From assembly GCA_903907835.1 (NCBI GenBank), contig CAIVPQ010000199.1:1-45408 (forward strand): 45,408 bases of DNA, written 5' to 3'. Numbering within the stretch: position 1 is the stretch's first letter; each line of letters begins with the position of its first letter. This document shows positions 1-9,020 of the stretch, one piece after another. Source of the DNA: an uncultured Actinomycetes bacterium (lineage in GTDB: Bacteria > Actinomycetota > Actinomycetes > S36-B12 > UBA5976). The translations under genes were made by a program, and so were the position numbers. The notes under the pieces are model-generated. The model worked only from the letters and a program-made list of their open reading frames with translations. It did no database searches and was not told where the DNA came from.

Positions 1-1967
1 ATGTTGCCTTCATGTCTTTGTTCTAGATCAAGTGCCGCCAGCTCAAAACCATCATTGGTTGAAGCAACAGCAAGCAGTCGTTCTCGCGACTTGCTAAATT
101 GCGAGGCCTCGGTGACCAACAAACAAAGTCCAGCAGATTTTCCTCGACCAACTCGACCACGTAGTTGATGCAATTGGCTAATACCAAATCGATCCGAGTC
201 CATAATCATCATCATCGTTGCGTTTGGGACATCGACGCCGACTTCGATAACCGTGGTAGCAATGAGAACATCTAGACCATCAGGATCAGCAACCCCACTG
301 GCAAAACGACGCATGGCGTCATCTTTATCCGCGGCAGACATCTGCCCGTGAAGTAGCCCAACGCGTACTTGGGCCAAAGGACCATCCATGAGTTGAGGGG
401 CAATGTCCTCAAGCGCCACCGCAGGACGCTGTCCGGGATCAACAACCTTGTCCTCTTGGCTAGCAATCCGAGGAACAACTATGTATGCCTGATGTCCTGC
501 TTTAACTTCCTCAACGATTCTTTCCCAAGCGCGAATTAGATGCGCGGGTTTTTGTCCAGCATCAACGACATGAGTCACGATGGGTGATCTACCTGCCGGT
601 AATTCCGTCAGGGTCGAAATGTCTAGGGCGCCAAACGCGGTCATCGCTACAGTCCGCGGAATAGGAGTAGCAGTCATCACCAAAATGTGTGGACGACGAT
701 CGGTGCCGGCTTTTGCCACAAGAGTTGCGCGTTGTTCGACCCCAAAGCGATGTTGTTCATCGATAACTACAAGGCCGAGGTCAAAGAAGTCAACGCGATC
801 TTCAAGTAATGCGTGAGTCCCGATGACAATCCCTGCTTGACCAGATGTGATATCCAGAAGCGCTTGACGTCTGGAAGCGGTATTTAACGAACCAGTTAGA
901 AGTGTTACACCAGTACCTTCATCATGAGCGCCTAACTTTCCCCGATCAGCCAAAGGGCCAAGTAGGCCCGTAATTGCACGAAAGTGCTGGGCAGCAAGAA
1001 CTTCAGTTGGTGCCAACAAGACTGCCTGTCCCCCGGAATCGACCACAGTAAGCATGGCCCGGAGTGCGACAACTGTTTTACCGCTACCAACTTCACCCTG
1101 AAGGAGCCGATGCATTGGATGTCCAGCTGCCATCTCATCGGCAATAACTTGAGCAACCTCCTGCTGACCTTGAGTCAAGGTGAATGGGAGTCTTTCATCA
1201 AAAGCCGAAAGTAAACCGTCTTGTCGCTGTGGCCGAGCAATCGCTGGCCATTGCGCTTCTTCATAGCGCTGTTGAGCAAGCACCAACTGCAAGGCAAGAG
1301 CTTCATCCCATTTGAGCCGTTCCTGAGCTTGCGCCAGAGTCTCTTGCGACCTGGGCTCATGTACTTCGCGAATAGCGGTAGCCAAGTCCATCAGGTTGCG
1401 TTGGGAAATCAGTTCGGGTGGAAGTGGATCAACAATTTCAGCGATCGAGGCAAGGGCCAATTTCACACAGCGTTCGATAGTCCAAGTTTGGAGTTTTGCC
1501 GTGGCGGGATAAACAGGTAAAAACGCACTTGCGTATTCATCAGGGTTAATTTCTGCATTTTCATCAAGAAGTTCATATTCTGGGTGCGTAAGTTGTCTCT
1601 TGCCATTAAAGACGCTGACTTGACCAGAAAACATGGCTCGACGACCGATAGCAAGTTCCTTGTCACGCCAATGCTGATTGAAAAACATCAGAGTTACTTG
1701 GCCAGAACCATCACTAATTACAACCTCTTGGCGTGTACCTGGTCGAGATTTGTTTTTAATGCTGGTGAACTTTTTAACTTCAGCCTGCAAGGTGACATGG
1801 TCACCGATTTGCAGATTAGACATGTCTGTTAAGGCACCGCGTTGCTCGTATCGCCTGGGGTAATGCCTGAGTAAATCTGCAACTGTGGAAATTTCAAATT
1901 CTTTTTCGAATAATTGCGCAGTCTTGGCTCCCAGCAAGTCACTGAGCCCTAATTCTGAATCAGGCAT
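1..1967 (-). CDS. recG: ATP-dependent DNA helicase RecG, N-terminal ~655 codons (C-terminus lies beyond the left window edge)
   Basis: It is missing from the ORF track only because the frame has no stop inside the window. The minus-strand frame starting at ATG 1967-1965 stays open to position 1. The translation MPDSELGLSDLLGAKTAQLFEKEF... contains LLQGEVGSGKTVVA (Walker A), VVIDEQHRFGV (DEQH box), MTATPIPRT and QLHQLRGRVGRG. It lies 12 nt downstream of the yloV-like gene, as in other Gram-positives. Confidence 0.85.
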   Translation of the reverse strand, partial: MPDSELGLSDLLGAKTAQLFEKEFEISTVADLLRHYPRRYEQRGALTDMSNLQIGDHVTLQAEVKKFTSIKNKSRPGTRQEVVISDGSGQVTLMFFNQHWRDKELAIGRRAMFSGQVSVFNGKRQLTHPEYELLDENAEINPDEYASAFLPVYPATAKLQTWTIERCVKLALASIAEIVDPLPPELISQRNLMDLATAIREVHEPRSQETLAQAQERLKWDEALALQLVLAQQRYEEAQWPAIARPQRQDGLLSAFDERLPFTLTQGQQEVAQVIADEMAAGHPMHRLLQGEVGSGKTVVALRAMLTVVDSGGQAVLLAPTEVLAAQHFRAITGLLGPLADRGKLGAHDEGTGVTLLTGSLNTASRRQALLDITSGQAGIVIGTHALLEDRVDFFDLGLVVIDEQHRFGVEQRATLVAKAGTDRRPHILVMTATPIPRTVAMTAFGALDISTLTELPAGRSPIVTHVVDAGQKPAHLIRAWERIVEEVKAGHQAYIVVPRIASQEDKVVDPGQRPAVALEDIAPQLMDGPLAQVRVGLLHGQMSAADKDDAMRRFASGVADPDGLDVLIATTVIEVGVDVPNATMMMIMDSDRFGISQLHQLRGRVGRGKSAGLCLLVTEASQFSKSRERLLAVASTNDGFELAALDLEQRHEGN

Positions 1968-1979
1968 TTCTAGTCACGA

Positions 1980-3557
1980 TCATTCAACGCCGATGAGATA
2001 GGGCCACAGAGATTGTCCACCAACCACTTGAATAACATCTGCGCCCGGAAATTGTTTTCTAGCCTGATTCAAAAGCTTTTCGTCAAAATCTTCACTTGCA
2101 ACGATTGTGATTATGTCGGCACCATCGCCACCGAGTTTCGCCATGACAGCAAGTGCCATCTGCTCAGGTGAGAGTTCAGCAGAGACCGCCACCACCTGAC
2201 CAGCGACAAGGCCTAGAACATCCCCACGCACACAAGTTCCTACCGGAGTTGGAACACTGCGTTGTGCAATTGTCACCGCACCAAATTGCACATCTTTTAC
2301 AACCCGAGTCATATGCTTAACCGCAGTTTCAAGATCATCATTTTCATCAAGCACCGCTAGCGCCGCAAGTGACTGGATAATTGAAGCCGTTGGAACAACT
2401 TGTGCGCTGATGCCAAGTTTTAGAAGATCTCGCACCGCTTTGTTGGCACTACCAAAGCAATCAGAATCGCTTGGCAAAATAACGACATTCTGAGCATTAG
2501 CCTTTTGGGCTGCTGCCCGAATTTCCCAAGTTGCTGGTTCTCCGCGCGGCATGGCTTGGACCGCCATAGCGCCAGCTTGCTCAATAATCTTTACCATCTG
2601 CGAACCATGGCAAATTACAACGGCTCTAGTTGTTTGCCCTGCATCCTGTCCTTGATGATTAGTCTCGCTCGCAACCAGTGGAGTGACCACAATGCGATAA
2701 GGCGAACCCAGTCGCATAGCCGCATCAACTGCTTGAGCAGGTTCATCAATGTGAACATGGATGTTGTACGGTGCGATACTTCCCGAAACCGTGACTGAAT
2801 CACCAAATTGATTCAGAATATTCTTTAGCTCTGCGAGTGCCTCGCTGGTTCCATCAAACAAAAACATAACTTCGTTGGCTGGGCCATCGTAAGAAAAAGA
2901 ATCTAAATCGCATGTCCTGGTTGCTACATCCAACTCGGGCATAGTCACACCACTGACCTGCTCGTAGAGAGAATCATGGAAAAGGCTAAGCACTAAGGCG
3001 CCAGCATCAACTACGCCCGCTGCCTGGAGTTCTGGTAACTGCTCAGTAGTTAATTGCACTGCATTGCGCGCAGCCCTTGCCAGAGCTTTGGCGTAAGCCG
3101 GAAAATCATTTTCCACCTCAACCTCAGCCAAGACATCAGCCACAGTGAGAATAGTTCCGTCTCGAGGACTTGATACTGAAGCCCTGGCAACCTGTGCCGC
3201 ATTGCTGATTGCACGCTGCCAACCAGATGTATCCACATTCGTTGATAGGTCATCGGCAATTCCACGCAAATACTCAGAGAGAATTACGCCAGAGTTTCCA
3301 CGGGCTTGATCTCCACAAACATCAGCCACGAGTTGAGCCAATTCCTGAACGCTTCGGGTCGTGCTGTCTAAATCTAAACACCCTTGCACTGTTAGTAACG
3401 AGTTAGTTCCAGTGTCTCCATCTGGAACCGGGAAAACATTGAGGTCGTTGATTAGGGCTTCATTAGTTCGCAGGTGTCCAATGAAACGGCGCAGTGTGGA
3501 TAAATAAATCTCTGCGTCAATTGTTAGCAAGGCCTTTGAGCGCGATTTGCTAAACAT
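1980..3557 (-). CDS. DAK2-domain fusion protein, YloV family
   Basis: 525-aa ORF with an N-terminal DhaL/DAK2-type motif ([12 protein letters not shown]). It holds the conserved position between rpmB and recG. Confidence 0.8.
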   Translation of the reverse strand: MFSKSRSKALLTIDAEIYLSTLRRFIGHLRTNEALINDLNVFPVPDGDTGTNSLLTVQGCLDLDSTTRSVQELAQLVADVCGDQARGNSGVILSEYLRGIADDLSTNVDTSGWQRAISNAAQVARASVSSPRDGTILTVADVLAEVEVENDFPAYAKALARAARNAVQLTTEQLPELQAAGVVDAGALVLSLFHDSLYEQVSGVTMPELDVATRTCDLDSFSYDGPANEVMFLFDGTSEALAELKNILNQFGDSVTVSGSIAPYNIHVHIDEPAQAVDAAMRLGSPYRIVVTPLVASETNHQGQDAGQTTRAVVICHGSQMVKIIEQAGAMAVQAMPRGEPATWEIRAAAQKANAQNVVILPSDSDCFGSANKAVRDLLKLGISAQVVPTASIIQSLAALAVLDENDDLETAVKHMTRVVKDVQFGAVTIAQRSVPTPVGTCVRGDVLGLVAGQVVAVSAELSPEQMALAVMAKLGGDGADIITIVASEDFDEKLLNQARKQFPGADVIQVVGGQSLWPYLIGVE

Positions 3558-3711
3558 CTGTCAAGGTTACCGCGTCGATTGCAGCAATATAGGTAAGCCT
3601 CTTTGTCCCTTAAGAACGCCTAAGAATCCCCCGAATTGGAGTTTCTGGCCAATCGGCGATAGTCTGGCAACGCTAAAGAAGCAATTTACCTCAATCTTTC
3701 AAGGAGTCATC

Positions 3712-3900
3712 GTGGCTGCTGTATGTGACGTCTGTGGCAAAGGCCCAGGCTTTGGCCACTCTATTTCGCACTCGCATCGTCGTACGAAGCGTCGCTTCAA
3801 CCCGAACATCCAGTCGGTGCGTGCAGTTGTGAAGAACACACCAAAGCGTCTTAATGTTTGCACTTCATGCATCAAGGCTGGAAAAGTTTCCCGCGTCTGA
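3712..3900 (+). CDS. rpmB: 50S ribosomal protein L28
   Basis: GTG at 3712 is preceded by AAGGAG (3701-3706). [36 protein letters not shown]... is the L28 signature. The upstream part of the 117-aa track ORF (3547-3711) is unlikely to be coding. Confidence 0.9.
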   Translation: MAAVCDVCGKGPGFGHSISHSHRRTKRRFNPNIQSVRAVVKNTPKRLNVCTSCIKAGKVSRV

Positions 3901-3917
3901 AGTTAAACAGAGTTTTT

Positions 3918-3951
3918 AGTAAAGCCCCGACCAATTGGTTGGGGCTTTACT
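3918..3951. terminator. Long hairpin between convergent rpmB and thiL
   Basis: AGTAAAGCCCC (3918-3928) pairs with GGGGCTTTACT (3941-3951), and the intervening ACCAATTGGT is itself palindromic. Only a weak U-tract follows on the + strand. Confidence 0.6.
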
Positions 3952-3984
3952 AATTCAATTTGAAGTAGCTTTGTGAGATTTCTT

Positions 3985-4944
3985 TTAACTCTTGAAATGA
4001 TCCCAACCACTGCTGGCATGAGGCAAGCCATCCACCAGAACTGCTGGTGACCCTGCGGAAACGCTTCCAACAATCACCCATCCTGCCGGTACATCTAAAG
4101 CATTCGAGAAAGTTGCAGCGAATGCATGATCTTCGCCACCAGTGAGAATCCATTCCAAAGCATCGCCATTGAAGGCTCCTGCTGCTGAACTTAATGGCTC
4201 AGGGATCTCAAGCAAACTCGAATCAATGTTGACTACAACATTTGAGGCACTAGCTACATGAGTTAGGTCTGATACCAAACCATCACTGATGTCAATCATC
4301 GAAGTGGCTTTAAGTCCAGCATGCGCTAGTTCATATGGAGGCGTTGGCACTCGATGAGCACCAACCAAAACCCTTGGCGAACGAAAGCCTCGTGAAAGCA
4401 TTAATAGGCCAGCAGCCGAAAATCCCAACTGACCCGCCACAGCCAGAACATCGCCAGGTTTTGCACCAGAACGCAGAATAGGTTTTGCATTTCCAAGTTC
4501 ACCGAGCGCGCTGACGCTTATTGAGATTGAGTCGGCTCGCACAATGTCGCCACCTACTACGGTCACTCCAACACTTGATGCTTCTTCACGCAGTCCATCA
4601 GCGAACTCTAGAACCCAAGCAACAGTCGTCTGTCCAGGTACTGCTAATCCAACTAAGAGCGCAGTTGGTGATGCGCCCATGGCAAAGATGTCGGCTAAGT
4701 TTGCTGCTGCCGCTTTACGACCTATGTCATTGGCCGAAGACCAATCAAGGCGAAAGTGCACACCTTGGGTCAACATGTCTAGGCAAGCAACGACTTGACC
4801 GCCTTGGGCTGAAACGACGGCTGAATCATCGCCTATTCCAACCGCAACTTGAGCAATTGCTGGATCGCGCAGTCTTTGTGCAATCAAGGCGATTAATTCA
4901 AACTCACCAATTTCAGCGACAGTCTGTCGCAAGTTCATCGCCAT
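3985..4944 (-). CDS. thiL: Thiamine-monophosphate kinase
   Basis: 319-aa ORF with the AIR-synthase-like motifs GIGDDSAVV and VVGGDIV. It starts 20 nt downstream of ddl on the same strand. Confidence 0.85.
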   Translation of the reverse strand: MAMNLRQTVAEIGEFELIALIAQRLRDPAIAQVAVGIGDDSAVVSAQGGQVVACLDMLTQGVHFRLDWSSANDIGRKAAAANLADIFAMGASPTALLVGLAVPGQTTVAWVLEFADGLREEASSVGVTVVGGDIVRADSISISVSALGELGNAKPILRSGAKPGDVLAVAGQLGFSAAGLLMLSRGFRSPRVLVGAHRVPTPPYELAHAGLKATSMIDISDGLVSDLTHVASASNVVVNIDSSLLEIPEPLSSAAGAFNGDALEWILTGGEDHAFAATFSNALDVPAGWVIVGSVSAGSPAVLVDGLPHASSGWDHFKS

Positions 4945-4964
4945 TAACTAAATCTCAACATTCA

Positions 4965-6059
4965 CTAACGAAGTCCTACGCCTCGACGAAGAGCATCTTG
5001 AATAAGCGTGTCTATTAGTTCTGGATATTCCAATCCGCTTTGAGCCCACATGCGCGGGAACATGGAGATTGGGGTAAACCCAGGCATGGTGTTTATTTCA
5101 TTTACCAAAACTTTTTCGCCAGAAATAAAGACATCAATGCGCGCAAGGCCTTCTCCCCCGATTGCATCAAAGGCTTGAATTGCAACTTGCTGAACTTTCT
5201 CGCTTAAGTGAGCGGGTAAGTCTGCGGGAACAACTAGATCAACTGAGTCATCAAGGTATTTTGCTTCAAAATCATAAAACTCGTGCCCTTCTCGAACAAT
5301 GATTTCAGCACACACGCTCGCTTTAGTTCCGGTGGCACTGCTCAATACTGCACATTCAACTTCTCTAGCGTTTTCGATACTGGCTTCAACAATGACCTTG
5401 GGATCGTGTGCGCGCGCAAGTTCAATGGCCGTTACTAATTCGCCGTAAGTTTTCACTTTGGAAATTCCGACACTCGAACCTGCGCGAGCGGGCTTAACGA
5501 AAAGCGGCAAACCTAGATTCGCGATTTGAGCAAGGACCTCATCGCGAGAATTTTGCCACTGTGAATCTGTAATTACAGCGAATTCGCCAACTGGAATCAT
5601 TGCGGCAACCATCAGGGCCTTTAAGTGTGCCTTGTCCATCGCAGCAGCGGATGCAAAAACCCCTGAGCCAACATATGGAATAGCTGCCAACTCTAAGAGG
5701 CCTTGGATTGTGCCATCTTCACCCCACGGTCCGTGGAGAACTGGAAAGACAACATCGACTTGACTTAAAAGTTGGGGCACTTCAGCCTGGACGACAAGAT
5801 GTGTCGCACTTGGATCGGGGGTAAATAAAATCGCTTGATTGGTTGAATCCACCTGCGGGAAGACACCTTCAACTGCAACAAGTCGCTGCGGAGCATCTTG
5901 CTCTAAAACCCATTTACCTTCGCGAGTAATTCCGATTGGAATCACTTCATACTTATCCCGATCAATCGCTCGAAGCACGCTACCGGCAGAAATGCATGAA
6001 ATTTCATGCTCGCTACTGCGACCACCAAAGATTACGGCAACCCGTATACGTTCTGACAT
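4965..6059 (-). CDS. ddl: D-alanine--D-alanine ligase
   Basis: 364 aa. N-terminus VAVIFGGRSSEHEISCISA, an ATP-grasp core, and the C-terminal NEINTMPGFT motif. Confidence 0.9.
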   Translation of the reverse strand: MSERIRVAVIFGGRSSEHEISCISAGSVLRAIDRDKYEVIPIGITREGKWVLEQDAPQRLVAVEGVFPQVDSTNQAILFTPDPSATHLVVQAEVPQLLSQVDVVFPVLHGPWGEDGTIQGLLELAAIPYVGSGVFASAAAMDKAHLKALMVAAMIPVGEFAVITDSQWQNSRDEVLAQIANLGLPLFVKPARAGSSVGISKVKTYGELVTAIELARAHDPKVIVEASIENAREVECAVLSSATGTKASVCAEIIVREGHEFYDFEAKYLDDSVDLVVPADLPAHLSEKVQQVAIQAFDAIGGEGLARIDVFISGEKVLVNEINTMPGFTPISMFPRMWAQSGLEYPELIDTLIQDALRRGVGLR

Positions 6060-6112
6060 AGAGATAACGCTAGTCCACTGACTGCACTTTGTTGTGGCAG
6101 TACTGTGTTCTT

Positions 6113-7258
6113 ATGTCTAATAACGTGAATCCGCCAGCCAATGAAACCTTGAATCTGGATACTGTTGCTGTTCAGGCAGGTCGCCCATCACCTAGTCCAG
6201 ATGGACCCGTGAACCCGCCGATCTTTGCATCCACAACTTTGCACGCAGGCGGTCCTGCTGGGTATCAGCGCGAATGGAATGAAACGACAAGTTACCTCGA
6301 AGACCTTTTAGGTGCATTAGACAGTGGCATCGCAACTGTCTACTCAAGTGGGATGGCTGCGGCCAATGCAATTATCGATTTAGTGCCGGTTGGTGGAGTC
6401 ATCGTGGCAAGTTCGCATTCGTACACCGGGGTTGCAATGCGACTCAAAGAATTGCAAGAAGCAGGTCGCCTTATCGTGCGCCTTGTTGATGTCACTAACG
6501 CAACCGAGATTGAAACTGCGATTCGCGGTGAAGGTACTCCCGCACATTGGGTCTGGCTCGAATCCCCTACTAATCCGTTGATGGAAATTTGCGACATTCG
6601 TGCAGCTGCGCATGTGGCGAGAGATGTTGGTGCATATCTGGTCATCGATAGCACCTTCATGACACCTGCCCGACAAAGGCCACTTGAACTTGGGGCGCAT
6701 GTTGTGATGCACAGTGTTACAAAGGGTTTGGCCGGACATTCAGATGCGCTACTTGGATCCCTAGTCACTAATGAACCAGAATTAGCGAGAATTTTCATTG
6801 AACGTCGGATTCTTATGGGAGCTGCGCCAAGCCCATTCGATGCATTTTTGGCGATACGAGGAATAAGAACCTTGGCTGTGCGAGTAGATCGCGCGGAAGA
6901 GAACGCCAAAATAATCGCTAATAGGTTGCTGGAACACCCGAGCGTTACCGCAGTTCACTATCCAGGTTTATCTAGTCACCCCAATGCACACATTCACGAT
7001 ACGCAAACCGATGGCCCGGGGACTGTGATGTCTTTCGAAGTAACAGGTGGCGCTCAAGGTGCAGAAAATGTTTGTGGGGCTGTAGCTTTGATGACTTACG
7101 CTACATCCTTAGGTGGTGTTGAGACATTAATTGAGCGTCGCCGTCGATGGCCAAATGAAAACAAAGATGTTCCCGAATCCTTGATTCGCCTTGCAGTGGG
7201 GATTGAAAATGTTGAGGATCTTTGGCGAGACTTGGCTCAAGCTTTAGAGACTGCCTGA
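6113..7258 (+). CDS. PLP-dependent Cys/Met-metabolism enzyme (cystathionine gamma-synthase/lyase family)
   Basis: PLP-lysine motif SVTKGLAGHSD and family-typical length. ATG 6113 (MSNNVNPP...) is preferred over the TTG at 6089 used by the track. Confidence 0.75.
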   Translation: MSNNVNPPANETLNLDTVAVQAGRPSPSPDGPVNPPIFASTTLHAGGPAGYQREWNETTSYLEDLLGALDSGIATVYSSGMAAANAIIDLVPVGGVIVASSHSYTGVAMRLKELQEAGRLIVRLVDVTNATEIETAIRGEGTPAHWVWLESPTNPLMEICDIRAAAHVARDVGAYLVIDSTFMTPARQRPLELGAHVVMHSVTKGLAGHSDALLGSLVTNEPELARIFIERRILMGAAPSPFDAFLAIRGIRTLAVRVDRAEENAKIIANRLLEHPSVTAVHYPGLSSHPNAHIHDTQTDGPGTVMSFEVTGGAQGAENVCGAVALMTYATSLGGVETLIERRRRWPNENKDVPESLIRLAVGIENVEDLWRDLAQALETA

Positions 7259-7269
7259 GGATTTAGTAT

Positions 7270-7980
7270 TTAACGCGCGACAACAGCCTCTAAGGAGAAT
7301 GAATCTTCTAAACCAAGTTTGTAACCAACACCACGGACTGCTACTCCAACACTTGGACCACCAGCGCTTTTTACCTTGGCGCGCAATCTTGACAAATGTG
7401 ATTCAACAGTGTGGCCATCTCCCTGCCATGAACCCCAAACATTTTCGATTAACTCATGCTTTGGGACTACTCGTCGCGGACTTTCCATCAGAGCGGCCAA
7501 CAGATCGAATTCAATTCGGGTCAAACTAACTTCGGTGCCTTCAAAGACTGCCGTTCGAGCTTCGGTATCCATAGATAGGGGTCCAACCGTCATTAGTGTT
7601 TGTGTTAGCGGGTTTCCGATACTGCGCCTAAGCATTGATTGGACCCTTGCGACAAGCACCTTTGGATAGAACGGTTTCAACATATATTCATCAGCGCCTG
7701 CTGCGAATCCCAAGAGTTGCTCCATTTCGGCAGAATGCGAAGTGAGGAAAAGAACTAGAACGTTACCGAATGATTTAAGCCTGCGACAAAGTTCGAGCCC
7801 ATCCATGTCGCCAGTTTTAAATGAAGTGATTACTAAATCTGGATGATGGGCGTGATAAGCCTGGAGTGCTTCAAATCCGCTACTGGCTTGCACTACACAG
7901 TAACCACTAGAGCGCAAACTCTCACAAATGAGAGCGCGAAGCTGGGCATCTTCATTAACAACAAGTGTGACAGCGACCAT
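7270..7980 (-). CDS. OmpR/PhoB-family response regulator with atypical (pseudo-)receiver domain
   Basis: The N-terminal receiver fold keeps the conserved T (LFLTSHS) and K (MLKPF), and the C-terminal winged helix is present (LTRIEFDLLAAL ... VRGVGYKLG). The phospho-acceptor position reads PDLVITSFKTGDMDG, Ser53 instead of Asp (codon 7822-7824). The acidic pair reads NE instead of DD. No histidine kinase gene is present in the window. Confidence 0.85.
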   Translation of the reverse strand: MVAVTLVVNEDAQLRALICESLRSSGYCVVQASSGFEALQAYHAHHPDLVITSFKTGDMDGLELCRRLKSFGNVLVLFLTSHSAEMEQLLGFAAGADEYMLKPFYPKVLVARVQSMLRRSIGNPLTQTLMTVGPLSMDTEARTAVFEGTEVSLTRIEFDLLAALMESPRRVVPKHELIENVWGSWQGDGHTVESHLSRLRAKVKSAGGPSVGVAVRGVGYKLGLEDSFSLEAVVAR

Positions 7981-8270
7981 AATTTTGAGGCTAACAAAAT
8001 CTTTTTCAACTTTTATCCAGATTTAGCAAAGTTAAAAACACAACGAGATATTCGAAAAGAACAAAGCGTTAATCGGCATAGTAAATTTCACGATCCATGT
8101 ATCAAGAACTAACCCCTCATCTAGATTTTCAACTACCTAGCCAACATGCCTGAACTCTAAATAAAAAAATGTAAACCTGATGCAAGGTTCTTGTGCAGTA
8201 AACGCAACCTCAAAGACGTTGAATGAATTTCAAGTCGCGATTCGCGCGACAGAAAATAGGAGCAATAACA

Positions 8271-8921
8271 ATGAATCAAGATTCAAAACGTGGTGGCGGC
8301 ATTCGCTTAGCCCTAATCGGTGCAATCGGTGCTTCTCTGATGACTGTTGCTGGCGTTGGAGCATTTGCAGGTCTTAATGCGACTGCATCAGCCAGTAATT
8401 CAGTAGATGCAGGGACGCTAAAACTAACTTCGACGAATAAGGGTGCTGGTTTTAGTCAGGCAGTATCCAATTTGGCTCCTGGCGATACCGTTAACCGTTA
8501 TGTCACGCTAACCAATGGTGGAACTCTTAGTGCGAAGAGTTTCTCATTGAGAATCACTTCAACAGGCACCGCGACATTGATCACCAACGGAACAGCTCCA
8601 GCCACAAACAAAGCCATTACGGTCACTGTGAACTCCTGCACTGGAACATGGACTGCAGCCACCGGCGTCTGCAGCGGAACGACCAACACTGAGATTGCGG
8701 CAGCACCATTATCAACGTTTGGTACTGCTCAATCATTTGCAAACACCACAACCTTGGCTTCATTAGCTGATCTGCCACTACAGATTCAGATCAAACTTCC
8801 AGATCAGGATGAAACGACTGTTGATGGCGTTGTTCCTGCTGTAACAGTTCAAGGTGGTTCGGTAGATCTCGACTACCTTTTCTTTGAAGCGCAACGCACT
8901 GTTGCGACAACAAATAGTTAA
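8271..8921 (+). CDS. TasA/camelysin-like secreted protein (candidate major fibre subunit), SipW-type signal peptide
   Basis: ATG 8271 has an AGGAG RBS at 8258-8262. The signal peptide is MNQDSKRGGGIRLALIGAIGASLMTVAGVGAFA, followed by DAGTLKLTS. SNLAPGDTVNRYVTLTNGGTL and the C-terminal LDYLFFEAQR match TasA landmarks recalled from memory. A SipW-type peptidase gene lies downstream. Confidence 0.7.
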   Translation: MNQDSKRGGGIRLALIGAIGASLMTVAGVGAFAGLNATASASNSVDAGTLKLTSTNKGAGFSQAVSNLAPGDTVNRYVTLTNGGTLSAKSFSLRITSTGTATLITNGTAPATNKAITVTVNSCTGTWTAATGVCSGTTNTEIAAAPLSTFGTAQSFANTTTLASLADLPLQIQIKLPDQDETTVDGVVPAVTVQGGSVDLDYLFFEAQRTVATTNS

Positions 8922-8941
8922 TAAACAAAGTTAATACCTCC

Positions 8942-8984
8942 TGTTGTGGGGTGCGCTCATCAGTTGATGGCGCACCCCACAACA
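8942..8984 (+). promoter_or_regulatory. Perfect 15-bp intercistronic stem-loop between the two TasA-like genes
   Basis: TGTTGTGGGGTGCGC (8942-8956) pairs perfectly with GCGCACCCCACAACA (8970-8984) around a 13-nt loop. No U-tract follows. An AAGGAG (8992-8997) lies just downstream. Confidence 0.6.
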
Positions 8985-9020
8985 CGGATTCAAGGAGTGG
9001 CAAAAATATGGGAGATGAAA

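Noticed and set aside
1-1967. No long ORF appears in the track for the first 2 kb, which suggested a pseudogene or non-coding DNA.
   Set aside because: The minus-strand frame from ATG 1967 is open all the way to position 1 and encodes clear RecG motifs. The track omits it, apparently because no stop codon falls inside the window.
6340-6909. Long antisense or alternative-frame ORFs inside conserved genes. Examples are 6340-6909, 13204-13632, 15635-16000, 19178-19546, 20530-20952, 25806-26219 and 42162-42762.
   Set aside because: Each lies wholly within a gene that has unmistakable family motifs, either on the opposite strand or in another frame. Their translations are low-complexity Arg/Ser/Ala/Pro-rich, typical of shadow ORFs.
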